Of a DNA stretch of 37,503 nt, positions 8,341 through 17,584 are shown piece after piece (the first letter of the stretch is position 1; each line of letters begins with the position of its first letter). Under the pieces are notes generated by a model. That model did no database searches, was not told the DNA's origin, and saw only the letters and a program-made list of their open reading frames with translations. Origin of the DNA: a virus (taxonomy: Duplodnaviria; Caudoviricetes); the IMG/VR virus record IMGVR_UViG_3300012667_000202, positions 1 through 37,503 of that record. One strand, given 5' to 3'. The translations under genes were made by a program, and so were the position numbers.

Positions 8341-8520
8341 ATGAGTTACGCTAAAGACTTAATAGAGCAGTTTGAGAACCTTACTGCTACAATGGAACTA
8401 GAAGCTCGTTACATGAGAGAACGCAATGAGCGACTAGAAGCTGAGAACGAATACCTTAGAAAACAGATTGATGTGTTACTAAAAGTATTAGGAAAGGAAC
8501 ATGATGGAAATCAAGATTGA
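8341..8520 (+). CDS. Small coiled-coil protein, 59 aa
   Basis: Read manually: MSYAKDLIEQF...RERNERLEAENEYLRKQIDVLL. Confidence 0.7.
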   Translation: MSYAKDLIEQFENLTATMELEARYMRERNERLEAENEYLRKQIDVLLKVLGKEHDGNQD

Positions 8521-8707
8521 TATAGACAATGACTTCTGTGATGAGATTGTTGCACACCGTCTCATTCAGACATCAAAGGCATTGAAGAAAGACATCAAAG
8601 AAAAGAATTGGGGACAGGAAGACTTAGAGTCCTTTCAGAAGGTAGTAGAAGCCCTAGAAGTTGTAGGTCCTTGGTTTGTCTATCAGTGGGAGAAGAAGAC
8701 TAAATGA
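8501..8707 (+). CDS. Hypothetical protein
   Basis: AAGGA RBS; coupled to next gene. Confidence 0.7.
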   Translation: MMEIKIDIDNDFCDEIVAHRLIQTSKALKKDIKEKNWGQEDLESFQKVVEALEVVGPWFVYQWEKKTK

Positions 8708-9444
8708 AGATTCTCTTGCTTGATATTGAAACAAGTCCTAACAGTGCTTATGTCTGGGGTCTGTACGACCAGAACATCGGCATCAATCAGATGATAGATT
8801 CGTCACAAGTTCTTTGTTACTGTGCTAAGTGGCTCGGTGAAAAAGAAGTTGTGTTTGATTCTATTCACAAGTCTAACAGAAAGAAGATGTTGAAAGGTAT
8901 TCATGGGCTTATCAATGACGCAGACGGTGTTGTTACTTACAATGGCAATAAGTTTGACCTTCCTATACTTAACAAGGAATTCTTATTACATGGTCTTAAT
9001 CCACCATCGCCTAGTAAGAAAATTGACCTATTGCGTACTGTTCGTAGTAATTTTCGTTTTACTTCAAATAAACTAGATTATGTCTCACAACAGCTAGGAT
9101 TAGGAAAGAAGGTAGAGCATGAAGGATTTGAACTTTGGCTTAAGTGTATGGATAAAGATAATGCAGCTTGGGGTCGTATGGAAAAGTACAACATCCAAGA
9201 TGTCATCTTATTGGAAAAGCTTTATTATAAATTGTTGCCTTGGATTAAATCGTTGCCTAATCGCAACCTCAACACGGATAACCAGGTATGCCCTTCGTGT
9301 GGAGGCAAACATTTACACAAGCGTGGTCTTACAACGACAATCACAGCCTCGTATCAAAGGTATCAATGCAAAGGGTGTGGTAGCTGGTCGCAAGGCACAA
9401 AAGCGATTAAAACAGGTGTTACAATCAAAGGAATAACAGGATGA
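8704..9444 (+). CDS. DnaQ-like/RNase_H_2 3'-5' exonuclease with C-terminal Zn ribbon
   Basis: LDIETSP, YNGNKFD, KLDY, YNIQDV; CPSC...CKGC. Confidence 0.88.
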   Translation: MKILLLDIETSPNSAYVWGLYDQNIGINQMIDSSQVLCYCAKWLGEKEVVFDSIHKSNRKKMLKGIHGLINDADGVVTYNGNKFDLPILNKEFLLHGLNPPSPSKKIDLLRTVRSNFRFTSNKLDYVSQQLGLGKKVEHEGFELWLKCMDKDNAAWGRMEKYNIQDVILLEKLYYKLLPWIKSLPNRNLNTDNQVCPSCGGKHLHKRGLTTTITASYQRYQCKGCGSWSQGTKAIKTGVTIKGITG

Positions 9445-9791
9445 GTGGAGACCATAATATGTATTCATCACCAGTAGCTATGCCTACACTAGGCGATACT
9501 TATAAAGAATGGGCTGCAAACACTAAAGAGGTGTATAAAGCTTACTCAGCAGGACAAGAAGACCAAGGAGATATTATGTCTCGTCAAGTCGGTGGAGACC
9601 ACTACAAACGAGCCTGTCAGCCTTGGGAAATCATTGAAGAATGGGAACTTAATTATTGGGCTGGCAACATTATCAAATATGTGTTAAGATACCCACATAA
9701 GAACGGTGTAGAAGACCTTGAAAAGGCTAAACACTATTTAGAGTATTTAATCAAGAGAGAGAAAGATGCCCTTACTACTGCACGAGATTAA
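9441..9791 (+). CDS. DUF3310/SaV-like protein (T7 gp1.7 nucleotide kinase-like)
   Basis: QVGGDHY, QPWE, GNIIKYVLR..KNGVEDLEKAKHYL. Confidence 0.88.
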   Translation: MSGDHNMYSSPVAMPTLGDTYKEWAANTKEVYKAYSAGQEDQGDIMSRQVGGDHYKRACQPWEIIEEWELNYWAGNIIKYVLRYPHKNGVEDLEKAKHYLEYLIKREKDALTTARD

Positions 9792-9921
9792 AGAGCGTTT
9801 AACCGAGCTTGATGAAATAACTTTGTTGGAGCTGTTGAATATCACAAGCGAAGACATCGTAGAGTTGTTCTCTGATAGAATTGAAGAGAATGTTGATAAA
9901 CTAGAAAAGGAAGTTAGATAA
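9766..9921 (+). CDS. Conserved acidic hypothetical protein, 51 aa
   Basis: Read manually: MPLLLHEIKERLTELDEITLLELLNITSEDIVELFSDRI. Confidence 0.75.
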   Translation: MPLLLHEIKERLTELDEITLLELLNITSEDIVELFSDRIEENVDKLEKEVR

Positions 9922-9924
9922 TAA

Positions 9925-11832
9925 ATGACACAATACACAATGAGTCCGTATAACAACTTTATCGCTAAATCAAGATACAGCCGCTATCTTGACGATAAAG
10001 GTCGTCGTGAACACTGGAATGAAACAGTAGCACGATATTTTGATTTCATGGAGCAACATCTTAAAGACAAGCAATCGTATGTCTTAACGAAAGAACTTCG
10101 TGCAGAGTTAGAACAAGCAGTAAATAACTTAGAAGTAATGCCGTCAATGAGAGCTATCATGACTGCAGGTCCTGCATTAGAGCGTCAGAACATTGCAGCA
10201 TTCAACTGTTCTTATTTACCTATTGATGACCCTAAAGCTTTTGACGAAGCAATGTATATTCTCCTATGCGGAACTGGTGTAGGATTCTCAGTGGAGCAAC
10301 AGTATGTTTCTAAATTACCTGAAGTCCCAGAGCAGTTGTTTGCTAGTGAGACTACTATTGTTGTGTCGGATTCTAAAGAAGGATGGGCAAAATCGCTTAG
10401 ACAGCTATTGGCTCTTTTGTATTCTGGTGAAATTCCAAAGTACGATGTATCCAAAGTTAGACCTGCAGGAGCTAGACTTAAGACCTTTGGTGGAAGAGCG
10501 TCAGGACCTGGACCTTTGGAAGAGCTTTATAAGTTTTGTATCGCCAAGTTCAGAGGGGCAACTGGTCGTCGCTTATCATCATTGGAATGCCATGATATTC
10601 TCTGCAAAATCGGGGAAGTTGTTGTTGTGGGCGGAGTACGACGCAGTGCAATGATTTCATTGTCTGACTTGTCTGATGACAAGATGGCTCATGCTAAAGC
10701 AGGTGCATGGTGGGATGGTCAAGGTCAACGAGCATTGGCTAACAACTCTGCTGTTTACCAAGAGAAACCATACATCGGTCAGTTCATGCGTGAGTGGACA
10801 TCAATCTATGAATCACATTCAGGTGAGAGAGGAATCTTTAGTCGTGATGCGTCACAGAGACAAGCAGCCAAGAACGGTCGTAGGGACGCTACTTATGATT
10901 TTGGTACAAATCCTTGTAGTGAGATTATTCTTCGTCCTTATCAGTTCTGTAATCTATCTAGCTGTATTGTTCGCAGCGATGATGATATGGGTACTTTGGA
11001 GCGTAAGATTCGTATTGCAGCTATTCTTGGGACTTTCCAAGCGTCATTGACTAACTTCCCATACTTGCGTAAGGTTTGGCAGAAGAACACTGAAGAAGAA
11101 GCACTACTAGGTGTATCTATGACAGGTATCCTAGACAATGCACTGTTGAATAACCCTGATGATGCTGATTTACCAGCACGATTGGAGAAACTAAGAGATG
11201 TTGCTGTTGCTACTAATGCTGAATTTGCTTCAGCTCTTGGAATTAATCAAAGTGTGGCGGTTACGGCAGTCAAGCCAGAAGGAACGGTTAGCCAGTTATG
11301 CAGCACTGCAAGCGGCATTCATCCTCAACATAGTCAGTATTATATTCGTCGTGTTAGAGCTGATAACAAAGACCCACTAACACAGTTCATGATTCAGTCA
11401 GGCTTTGTTGCTGAACCGTGTGTGATGAAACCTGATTCAACAACAGTGTTCTCATTCCCTGTTAAGGTAGCTGAAGGTGCATTGTTGCGTGAAGAGTTAT
11501 CTGCGTTGCAGCACTTGAAGTTGTGGTTGTTGTTTCAAAGACACTACTGTGAGCATAAGCCGTCAGTGACTATCTCTGTTAAAGAGAATGAGTGGATGGA
11601 TGTTGGAGCATGGACATACAAGCACTTTGATGAAGTTACTGGTGTGTCTTTCTTGCCGTATGATGGTGGTACTTACAAGCAAGCACCTTATGAAGAATGC
11701 ACTGAAGAGCAATACAACCAGTTGAGAATGTTAGTTCCTGACTCAGTAGATTGGGATAACTTCAAAGAGTATGACGACAATGTTGAAGGTGCTCAGATGT
11801 TAAGTTGCACCGCTGGTGGATGTGCAATATAA
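9925..11832 (+). CDS. nrdJ: Class II (adenosylcobalamin-dependent) ribonucleotide reductase
   Basis: FNCS, GTGVGFS, VVVGGVRRSA, GTNPCSE, KPEGTVS, EHKPSVT, C-terminal CTAGGC; no beta-subunit gene. Confidence 0.93.
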   Translation: MTQYTMSPYNNFIAKSRYSRYLDDKGRREHWNETVARYFDFMEQHLKDKQSYVLTKELRAELEQAVNNLEVMPSMRAIMTAGPALERQNIAAFNCSYLPIDDPKAFDEAMYILLCGTGVGFSVEQQYVSKLPEVPEQLFASETTIVVSDSKEGWAKSLRQLLALLYSGEIPKYDVSKVRPAGARLKTFGGRASGPGPLEELYKFCIAKFRGATGRRLSSLECHDILCKIGEVVVVGGVRRSAMISLSDLSDDKMAHAKAGAWWDGQGQRALANNSAVYQEKPYIGQFMREWTSIYESHSGERGIFSRDASQRQAAKNGRRDATYDFGTNPCSEIILRPYQFCNLSSCIVRSDDDMGTLERKIRIAAILGTFQASLTNFPYLRKVWQKNTEEEALLGVSMTGILDNALLNNPDDADLPARLEKLRDVAVATNAEFASALGINQSVAVTAVKPEGTVSQLCSTASGIHPQHSQYYIRRVRADNKDPLTQFMIQSGFVAEPCVMKPDSTTVFSFPVKVAEGALLREELSALQHLKLWLLFQRHYCEHKPSVTISVKENEWMDVGAWTYKHFDEVTGVSFLPYDGGTYKQAPYEECTEEQYNQLRMLVPDSVDWDNFKEYDDNVEGAQMLSCTAGGCAI

Positions 11833-11866
11833 GTTTCCTTGTGTAGTCTCCTTCCGAGACCTTTAT

Positions 11867-11896
11867 GGCAGCCTCTTTATGGGGCTGTCTTTTTTT
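11867..11896 (+). terminator. Rho-independent terminator at the convergence of the two arms
   Basis: GGCAGCCTC-TTTAT-GGGGCTGTC followed by T7; extra hairpin GTCTC-CTTCC-GAGAC at 11846-11860. Confidence 0.85.
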
Positions 11897-11912
11897 GCAC
11901 AGTTAATCGGAT

Positions 11913-12389
11913 TTACGACTCAAACATCTCTTTCTCGTGAGTTCTTCTCTTAACTAAGCCAGGCAATACTTTACCACCAGCTTTGGTCCATACTAAGAAC
12001 TGCTCTGCTGCACCTTCATAGTCTTCTCTGTTGACCTTCATACGAAGTGTGCTGTTCTGTAAGTTACCTAAACCGACATTGAAAGAGAACGACACCAAGG
12101 CATCAAACTGTCCCTGTGTTAGAGGTACTTTAATCAGCCGTAGGACTCCAGCTTCAAATCTAGCTAGGTCTTGTCTTAGGATTTCATCAATCTCATCAGC
12201 ACTTAGAACCCTATCCCAACCTGCAGGAATAGGTAATTGTTTTCTATTAGCCAATGGAACTTTAGCGTGTTGAGGGTCAATAACATGACCTACTCCTACT
12301 GTCCAAAGCAAGGCAGGGCATTGGTACGGTTTGTTCCGAACACCCTCATCTTGCTTAATTTGTTGAATACACTTCTGGCTTACTTTCAC
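11913..12389 (-). CDS. Endolysin, GH24 lysozyme
   Basis: EG...PY.CPA..WTVGVGH, QGQFDALVSFSFNVG, GLVKRR..E. Confidence 0.95.
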   Translation of the reverse strand: MKVSQKCIQQIKQDEGVRNKPYQCPALLWTVGVGHVIDPQHAKVPLANRKQLPIPAGWDRVLSADEIDEILRQDLARFEAGVLRLIKVPLTQGQFDALVSFSFNVGLGNLQNSTLRMKVNREDYEGAAEQFLVWTKAGGKVLPGLVKRRTHEKEMFES

Positions 12390-12892
12390 TTCTTCTTATC
12401 CCAATTACGAGAACCAAACCAGAAACCAATAATACCGCCTAACATTGCCATCTCATCAGAAGAGAATATCATCTCACTGATAATCTCTAGGTCATCAACA
12501 CCGTTGATTAGACCTGGCATAGAGAACAACTTGTAGCACAACCAGAAGTTAATCAATACAAGCTCAATAACGAACAAGTAAGTCACTGTAGGTCTTACAG
12601 TACCGACATAGTTCACTACCCATGTAGAAGCTCTTTCCATGACTTTCTTATCGTGGTCCAAAGCAGCATTCTGCATCTGAGCAGCAGTCTGCATCTCTAC
12701 TTGGTCTGTGCGGATTTCTTCCATCTTAGCTTGAGCAATGAAGCCTCGCTCCATCATCTGAAGCTCTCTCTCAGTCTGCATCTGAGCTAGTTCTAACTCA
12801 TGTTTCTTGTCAGCTTTGTCTTGGAAGAACCCTAATAGGCTTGGTAGACCAGAGACTAATAGTCCACCAATGGTTGAAATTAATGACAGCAT
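12386..12892 (-). CDS. Holin (3TM/GTA-holin-like)
   Basis: N-terminal amphipathic helix, coiled coil, VRPTVTY, FWFGSR; adjacent to endolysin. Confidence 0.75.
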   Translation of the reverse strand: MLSLISTIGGLLVSGLPSLLGFFQDKADKKHELELAQMQTERELQMMERGFIAQAKMEEIRTDQVEMQTAAQMQNAALDHDKKVMERASTWVVNYVGTVRPTVTYLFVIELVLINFWLCYKLFSMPGLINGVDDLEIISEMIFSSDEMAMLGGIIGFWFGSRNWDKKK

Positions 12893-12894
12893 AC

Positions 12895-13338
12895 TTACTC
12901 CTTGTTAGATAATGGGTTGTCTAAAGCTCGTTTAATCTTTGTGTCAGTTTCCTTACGCATCTCTCGTAAGTCTTTGTCCACTTCACGAGACATCTGTTTC
13001 CCATCTCGTTCTACCTGTTCAACAACCTTCTCTAGTCTACGAACATCGTTCTTGATGTCGTTCTTAATATCTCTGGTGTAGTCATTCACCTTGTTAGTAG
13101 TCTCTTCAAGAGCCACTAGACGCTTGTCAAACTCAGACAAATCAGGAGCGACATAAGACTCAATCTTCTTCTGCATATTTTGATAGCCTTTGACAGCCTC
13201 AAAAGCACCCCATAAAGTACCGCCAACTACAGGAGTAATAGCAATGATGGCATACATTAGCTTATTAGAATACTTAAGCTTGTATCCACCAATACTGACT
13301 TCATAGTCTGGTTTCTTATTTTCTTCGGTACTGCTCAT
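12895..13338 (-). CDS. Membrane-anchored coiled-coil protein
   Basis: One TM segment, long heptad region, ends KRALDNPL. Confidence 0.75.
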   Translation of the reverse strand: MSSTEENKKPDYEVSIGGYKLKYSNKLMYAIIAITPVVGGTLWGAFEAVKGYQNMQKKIESYVAPDLSEFDKRLVALEETTNKVNDYTRDIKNDIKNDVRRLEKVVEQVERDGKQMSREVDKDLREMRKETDTKIKRALDNPLSNKE

Positions 13339-14524
13339 CTATCATCTCCTCGTGCTTTATCTGACTGTTCATTATTAAGTGATACATAGCCCTGTTATTA
13401 TCTGTTATAGGCTTCTTTACTAACTGTTGGTACGCTAAGTCCAGTATTATTGGAGCTTTGTACTCGTGTACAGGTTGCGGTATAGTCTGCGAAGGAAGCG
13501 AACCTTTAGGAGCTGCAGCTTGTCTAGTAGCTTGCTTAGGCTCTGACTTCTTTTCTGTCTTTGGTTCTGCTTGAGCAGGACTGGACTGTACGGTATTTGA
13601 CTGCGTATTCGTGGCATTGTTTGTTTGTGTAGTAGGTCTAGTAATTACTTCGTTGACAACTGAGTCAGACACGACAGGAGTCTCAACAGAGACTGTGCCT
13701 GTGCTACTGACTTGCAATACTGGTGCTGAAACAACTGTCCTTGATGTTGGCACAATGTTAGCAAGTGCATAAGCTGATTGGTATCCAGGACATCTTCTGT
13801 CATACAGCGAGTTATTGCTGCATTGTTGATTGAAATAAGCTTCAGCGTATCCTGGACAACTTGAGTCATATAAAGCATTCAGTGAGCATTGTTGAACTAA
13901 ATAAGCCTGTGCATACCCTGGACAACTGATACTTGACAGAGGCTCTGACAAACATCTATCACCTGTATTCTGTGTAATATACGACACAATTTCATTACTG
14001 CTGAACCCTGCACCGTGGTACCGCTGAGTAAACTCACCAGCAGAAGTATCTCCAGTCATTCCGATTGTTACAGGTCTCCAAGGACTGATATTGACCTGTT
14101 CATAATGCATACCGATATAGCCACTAGGTCGTATCTCAACACCAAAGGTGTTTAAGTTCTGTGGGACACCAAACTCACTGATGTTTTCCCATTTGTATCT
14201 TTGATACTGTGCTGTGCCTTCAGTTAAGAACCTGCCACTATAGTTAAGCAAGTCTGTCTGTAGAGGCATAATCGCAAAGTCAAACGGACTACCTCTTGAG
14301 GTCTCTAGGTTAAATCCTGTACAACACCAACTATTTGTCGGATTGAGGAAGCCAACAACACCGTTACTGAACATAAAAGATTCAGTAAACACACGACCGT
14401 GATAAGGGAATGGAAACTGTAGTGGAACTCTAACATACCCATCATCGGAAATATTGTGTTGTAATACAACTTGTGCAGTTGCAATATTGCACCATAATGC
14501 AATAATACATACTAACCATCTCAT
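13316..14524 (-). CDS. Secreted protein with nidogen/NIDO-like N-domain and Cys-rich repeats
   Basis: Signal peptide; DDG...VPLQFPFPYHG..F...MFSNG; 3x C....LY...CPGY..AY; S/T/Q/P linker. Confidence 0.7.
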   Translation of the reverse strand: MRWLVCIIALWCNIATAQVVLQHNISDDGYVRVPLQFPFPYHGRVFTESFMFSNGVVGFLNPTNSWCCTGFNLETSRGSPFDFAIMPLQTDLLNYSGRFLTEGTAQYQRYKWENISEFGVPQNLNTFGVEIRPSGYIGMHYEQVNISPWRPVTIGMTGDTSAGEFTQRYHGAGFSSNEIVSYITQNTGDRCLSEPLSSISCPGYAQAYLVQQCSLNALYDSSCPGYAEAYFNQQCSNNSLYDRRCPGYQSAYALANIVPTSRTVVSAPVLQVSSTGTVSVETPVVSDSVVNEVITRPTTQTNNATNTQSNTVQSSPAQAEPKTEKKSEPKQATRQAAAPKGSLPSQTIPQPVHEYKAPIILDLAYQQLVKKPITDNNRAMYHLIMNSQIKHEEMIDEQYRRK

Positions 14525-14976
14525 TTTATCTTAGGTCTAGTAGGAATCATGTTAGGGTTGTCTAGCCAGTGATTCTTGGCTTCAACACCAACTTTACCTT
14601 CTACAGGACATGGAGTACCAGCATCCCACATTCCCCACCAGTTGTTAGCATCCTGACACATCACAGCAACAGCAGCAGTCTTCATCTGCATATTGAATAG
14701 TGACTCAGCCTTGATAATCATCTCACAGTTCTTGTCTGTGATTGTAGTACCCATTGAGATACCAAAGATTTGTGTTTGCACTGCAGCAGCCACACCGCTA
14801 CTACACATCTTATTATTGATGGTAGTAATAGACGGTGAGATAGCTGACGGAGGAGGAGACTCTACCTTGGTCTTGCTGTTAGAGGTTGAATCAGTGATGA
14901 TTGGCTGTGCGTGTACAGGTACATAGCTTACACAGATAAGCACTAAGCCTATCCAAAGGTATAGCATTAATCTCAT
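14521..14976 (-). CDS. Secreted Cys-containing protein
   Basis: Signal peptide ending VHA; PPPSAISP, C..GV...VQTQI.GIS.G....D.NCE, AGTPCP. Confidence 0.75.
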   Translation of the reverse strand: MRLMLYLWIGLVLICVSYVPVHAQPIITDSTSNSKTKVESPPPSAISPSITTINNKMCSSGVAAAVQTQIFGISMGTTITDKNCEMIIKAESLFNMQMKTAAVAVMCQDANNWWGMWDAGTPCPVEGKVGVEAKNHWLDNPNMIPTRPKIK

Positions 14977-16487
14977 TCTGTTCCTGGTGGATTTAAAGCG
15001 TTAGTCAATAAACCTGTAGTAGCTAGACTTCTTACTCTGTCAGGAGCAGCACCAGAAGCAATCTGCTTAATTCCTAATTCAGCAGCTCTTCTACGCATTA
15101 AACTCTGTGCTGTATCTGCTAACAAACCTGTACCAGCAACAGCTGTTGTTGTTAACGGTGCTTGAGTAAAGGCATACGCACCGCCAGCAGCTGCTAGTTT
15201 AGAACGCAATGGACTGAACTGAGCTGCAAAAGTCAATAATGGGTCTAATGAACCACCCTTAGCAACAGACTTAATTACATTCTGTTCTTTATCTGTAAAC
15301 ATATTCATCTTCTTTTTATCAGCAGCAATGTTGATAAAACCACGACGAATAAGCTCAGACTCAGAAGCTTTAGGGTCTATTGCTCTTGCTTCAGCTGTGT
15401 TTAGTGCATCTTCTAAGACAGTAGCACGACTTAAGTTTCTCCAGTCTTTTCTAGCCTCAACAACACTCTTTACAGCTTTGTCTAAACCACCTTGACCTGA
15501 TAGAATATCGTTAGGCTTTAAAGTCATGATATAGTCGTCTACTTGACCAATAGCTGTAGCACCTAAACGACGAATATCAGCATCTTTGTTCATTCGTAAG
15601 TCGTTAAGCATCTGACGCATCTTATCTAACGCAGTGAACGAAGTTCCTTGAGTTGTGATAAGTGTCTTAGCTTGGTCAAGAGTTGCTTGAACAGCCTTAG
15701 CTTGGTCTGTGCCAGGAATCATTCTAGCGTCATCTAAAGACTGCTGAACATTAGCAAACATTCTTGTTAAGCTGTTAGGCTTAATAACAACACCTGCATC
15801 ATCCATTGCTTTATAAGAAGCAGAGGCTCTTTGCTTAACTTGGTCCATTGTATACAACGGTGTCTGTCTTTGCTGTGCTGCAGTAATTCCTTTACCTGTG
15901 GCAGCTGCACCTGCTGCACCTGCACCAGCACTTGCGATGAAAGCAGCTAAGTCACTACCTGTGATGTCTTTAACAACTTCACCTACAGGTTGACTTACCA
16001 AACCAGCGACACCGCCAGCAGGAACTTGTCGTACTAAATCAGCTGCTACTGCAGGGACATTAGGAGCTACTTTAGCAAGACCAGCAGTGCTTGCCATACC
16101 TTGCACACCAGCGTTAACAGCTCTTTCTAGTGTTCCTTCAGGCTGCGGTAAACCAATATCGCCTGTTAGTGTTTTTCTTTGCTGTTCATAGAATGAAGGC
16201 ATACGACTCTGAGAACCAATAGCTTCAGCACCTAAGTTGTAAGCAGTTCTACCTGCTTCTAAAACAGCAGTAGCTGGAGATGTAAATGCCTCATAAGCTG
16301 CACGACCTGTTAGTCCAATCTGTCTTGCTATCTCATCAGGAATAGAGCGTTTCTGTTGTTGCTGCATTGGTTGTTGTGGCTGAGGTGCTACCGCTGCGGC
16401 TTGTCCTCCGCCTAGCTCTTCTAATTCACTGTCTGAAAGCTCTCTTGGTGAATTATAGACTACTCCATTAATAGTATATTTAGGCAT
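14973..16487 (-). CDS. Internal virion/DNA ejection protein
   Basis: 504 aa, Ala/Gly-rich helical; podovirus ejection-gene position. Confidence 0.65.
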   Translation of the reverse strand: MPKYTINGVVYNSPRELSDSELEELGGGQAAAVAPQPQQPMQQQQKRSIPDEIARQIGLTGRAAYEAFTSPATAVLEAGRTAYNLGAEAIGSQSRMPSFYEQQRKTLTGDIGLPQPEGTLERAVNAGVQGMASTAGLAKVAPNVPAVAADLVRQVPAGGVAGLVSQPVGEVVKDITGSDLAAFIASAGAGAAGAAATGKGITAAQQRQTPLYTMDQVKQRASASYKAMDDAGVVIKPNSLTRMFANVQQSLDDARMIPGTDQAKAVQATLDQAKTLITTQGTSFTALDKMRQMLNDLRMNKDADIRRLGATAIGQVDDYIMTLKPNDILSGQGGLDKAVKSVVEARKDWRNLSRATVLEDALNTAEARAIDPKASESELIRRGFINIAADKKKMNMFTDKEQNVIKSVAKGGSLDPLLTFAAQFSPLRSKLAAAGGAYAFTQAPLTTTAVAGTGLLADTAQSLMRRRAAELGIKQIASGAAPDRVRSLATTGLLTNALNPPGTE

Positions 16488-16489
16488 TC

Positions 16490-17575
16490 TTAATCCTCAA
16501 TTTCAACAACTAAACCAGAAGCAAGTGTTTTTGTTTTCTTTTGTTTTGGTGCTGCAGGAGATTCTTGCTGTGTCTGTCCTTGGAAGTATGGCTCAACATT
16601 CTGAGACTTACGACGAGACTCAATACGACCAGCTGTTTTCTGCTGTGCTCTGTTGACAGAATCATAGTAACGCTTCAATGCTTCTAGCGTTGCTTGTGTA
16701 TCGTTTCTACCATATGCAGCAATCAACGCATTGGCGAAACGGAGCACATCTTTGTCTGTCTGAACACCTTTTTCAGCACTGACTTGTAAGTTAACAGCTG
16801 TATCAACTGCTGATTTTAAACCTTCATATGCACGGCTTTCAGGAGTTGAATTACCTGCAAGGTTTTGAGCAATATATTTAGCATTCTTTACTGGACCTAA
16901 CTCAAGTTTACGCACACCTTCAGCGTCTGGAGTCAAGTTAACAATAGATGGCATCAATGCTTCTTTTTGAGAGGAATAAGCATCGTATGCTTCTAAATCT
17001 TTACCTTCATCTTTTTGCAAACTTGCTGGCAATGGTTTTGGAAGACCACCTGCACCTGTAACTTCTTTTGCTAATACTAAATCTGCAGGATTCTGAGATT
17101 GTTGAAACTTAGCAATTGACGCAGGTGTGTATTTACCTGAAGACAATAACTGTTGGAAGTTTAATTGTCCTGGCTCTCTTTCAGCACGAATCTGTTGTGC
17201 TCTTGAAGTAGCAATAGCTTGTGCTTCTTTAGCCATAGACTGTGCTCTAATAACTGCTTGTTGAGCACCAGCAGCATCACCTTGTTGATTCAAGAACTGT
17301 GCATATTGCAGCATACCTTCAGGAGTAGCTGTGTTAAACTGCTGTGATGCTTGTTGACGAACAGCATTCATTTGCTCTTCTGCTGTCTGTACACCTAATG
17401 CACCACGAAGACCAGCACCAGCTCTTTCAGCGAACATACCAGACTGTCCTAAGATACCACCAAGTAAGTTGTTACCTGCTTGAGTTCCTCGTGTATAAGC
17501 CTGTTGTTCTTGCTGTGTCTGTAACAACTCAGGACTTACCCCGAATAGACTACCAATAATATTTGTGTCTGCCAT
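16490..17575 (-). CDS. Internal virion/DNA ejection protein
   Basis: 361 aa, Gln/Ala-rich; GVQTDKD motif; position. Confidence 0.65.
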   Translation of the reverse strand: MADTNIIGSLFGVSPELLQTQQEQQAYTRGTQAGNNLLGGILGQSGMFAERAGAGLRGALGVQTAEEQMNAVRQQASQQFNTATPEGMLQYAQFLNQQGDAAGAQQAVIRAQSMAKEAQAIATSRAQQIRAEREPGQLNFQQLLSSGKYTPASIAKFQQSQNPADLVLAKEVTGAGGLPKPLPASLQKDEGKDLEAYDAYSSQKEALMPSIVNLTPDAEGVRKLELGPVKNAKYIAQNLAGNSTPESRAYEGLKSAVDTAVNLQVSAEKGVQTDKDVLRFANALIAAYGRNDTQATLEALKRYYDSVNRAQQKTAGRIESRRKSQNVEPYFQGQTQQESPAAPKQKKTKTLASGLVVEIED

Positions 17576-17584
17576 GTTAGTTCC

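Noticed and set aside
2569-11380. Alternative-frame and antisense ORFs inside primase, polA, exonucleases and nrdJ
   Set aside because: Shadow ORFs fully within strongly supported genes
11867-11896. Bidirectional terminator
   Set aside because: The G-U pairs become A-C mismatches on the minus strand and no U-tract follows, so only + strand function is supported
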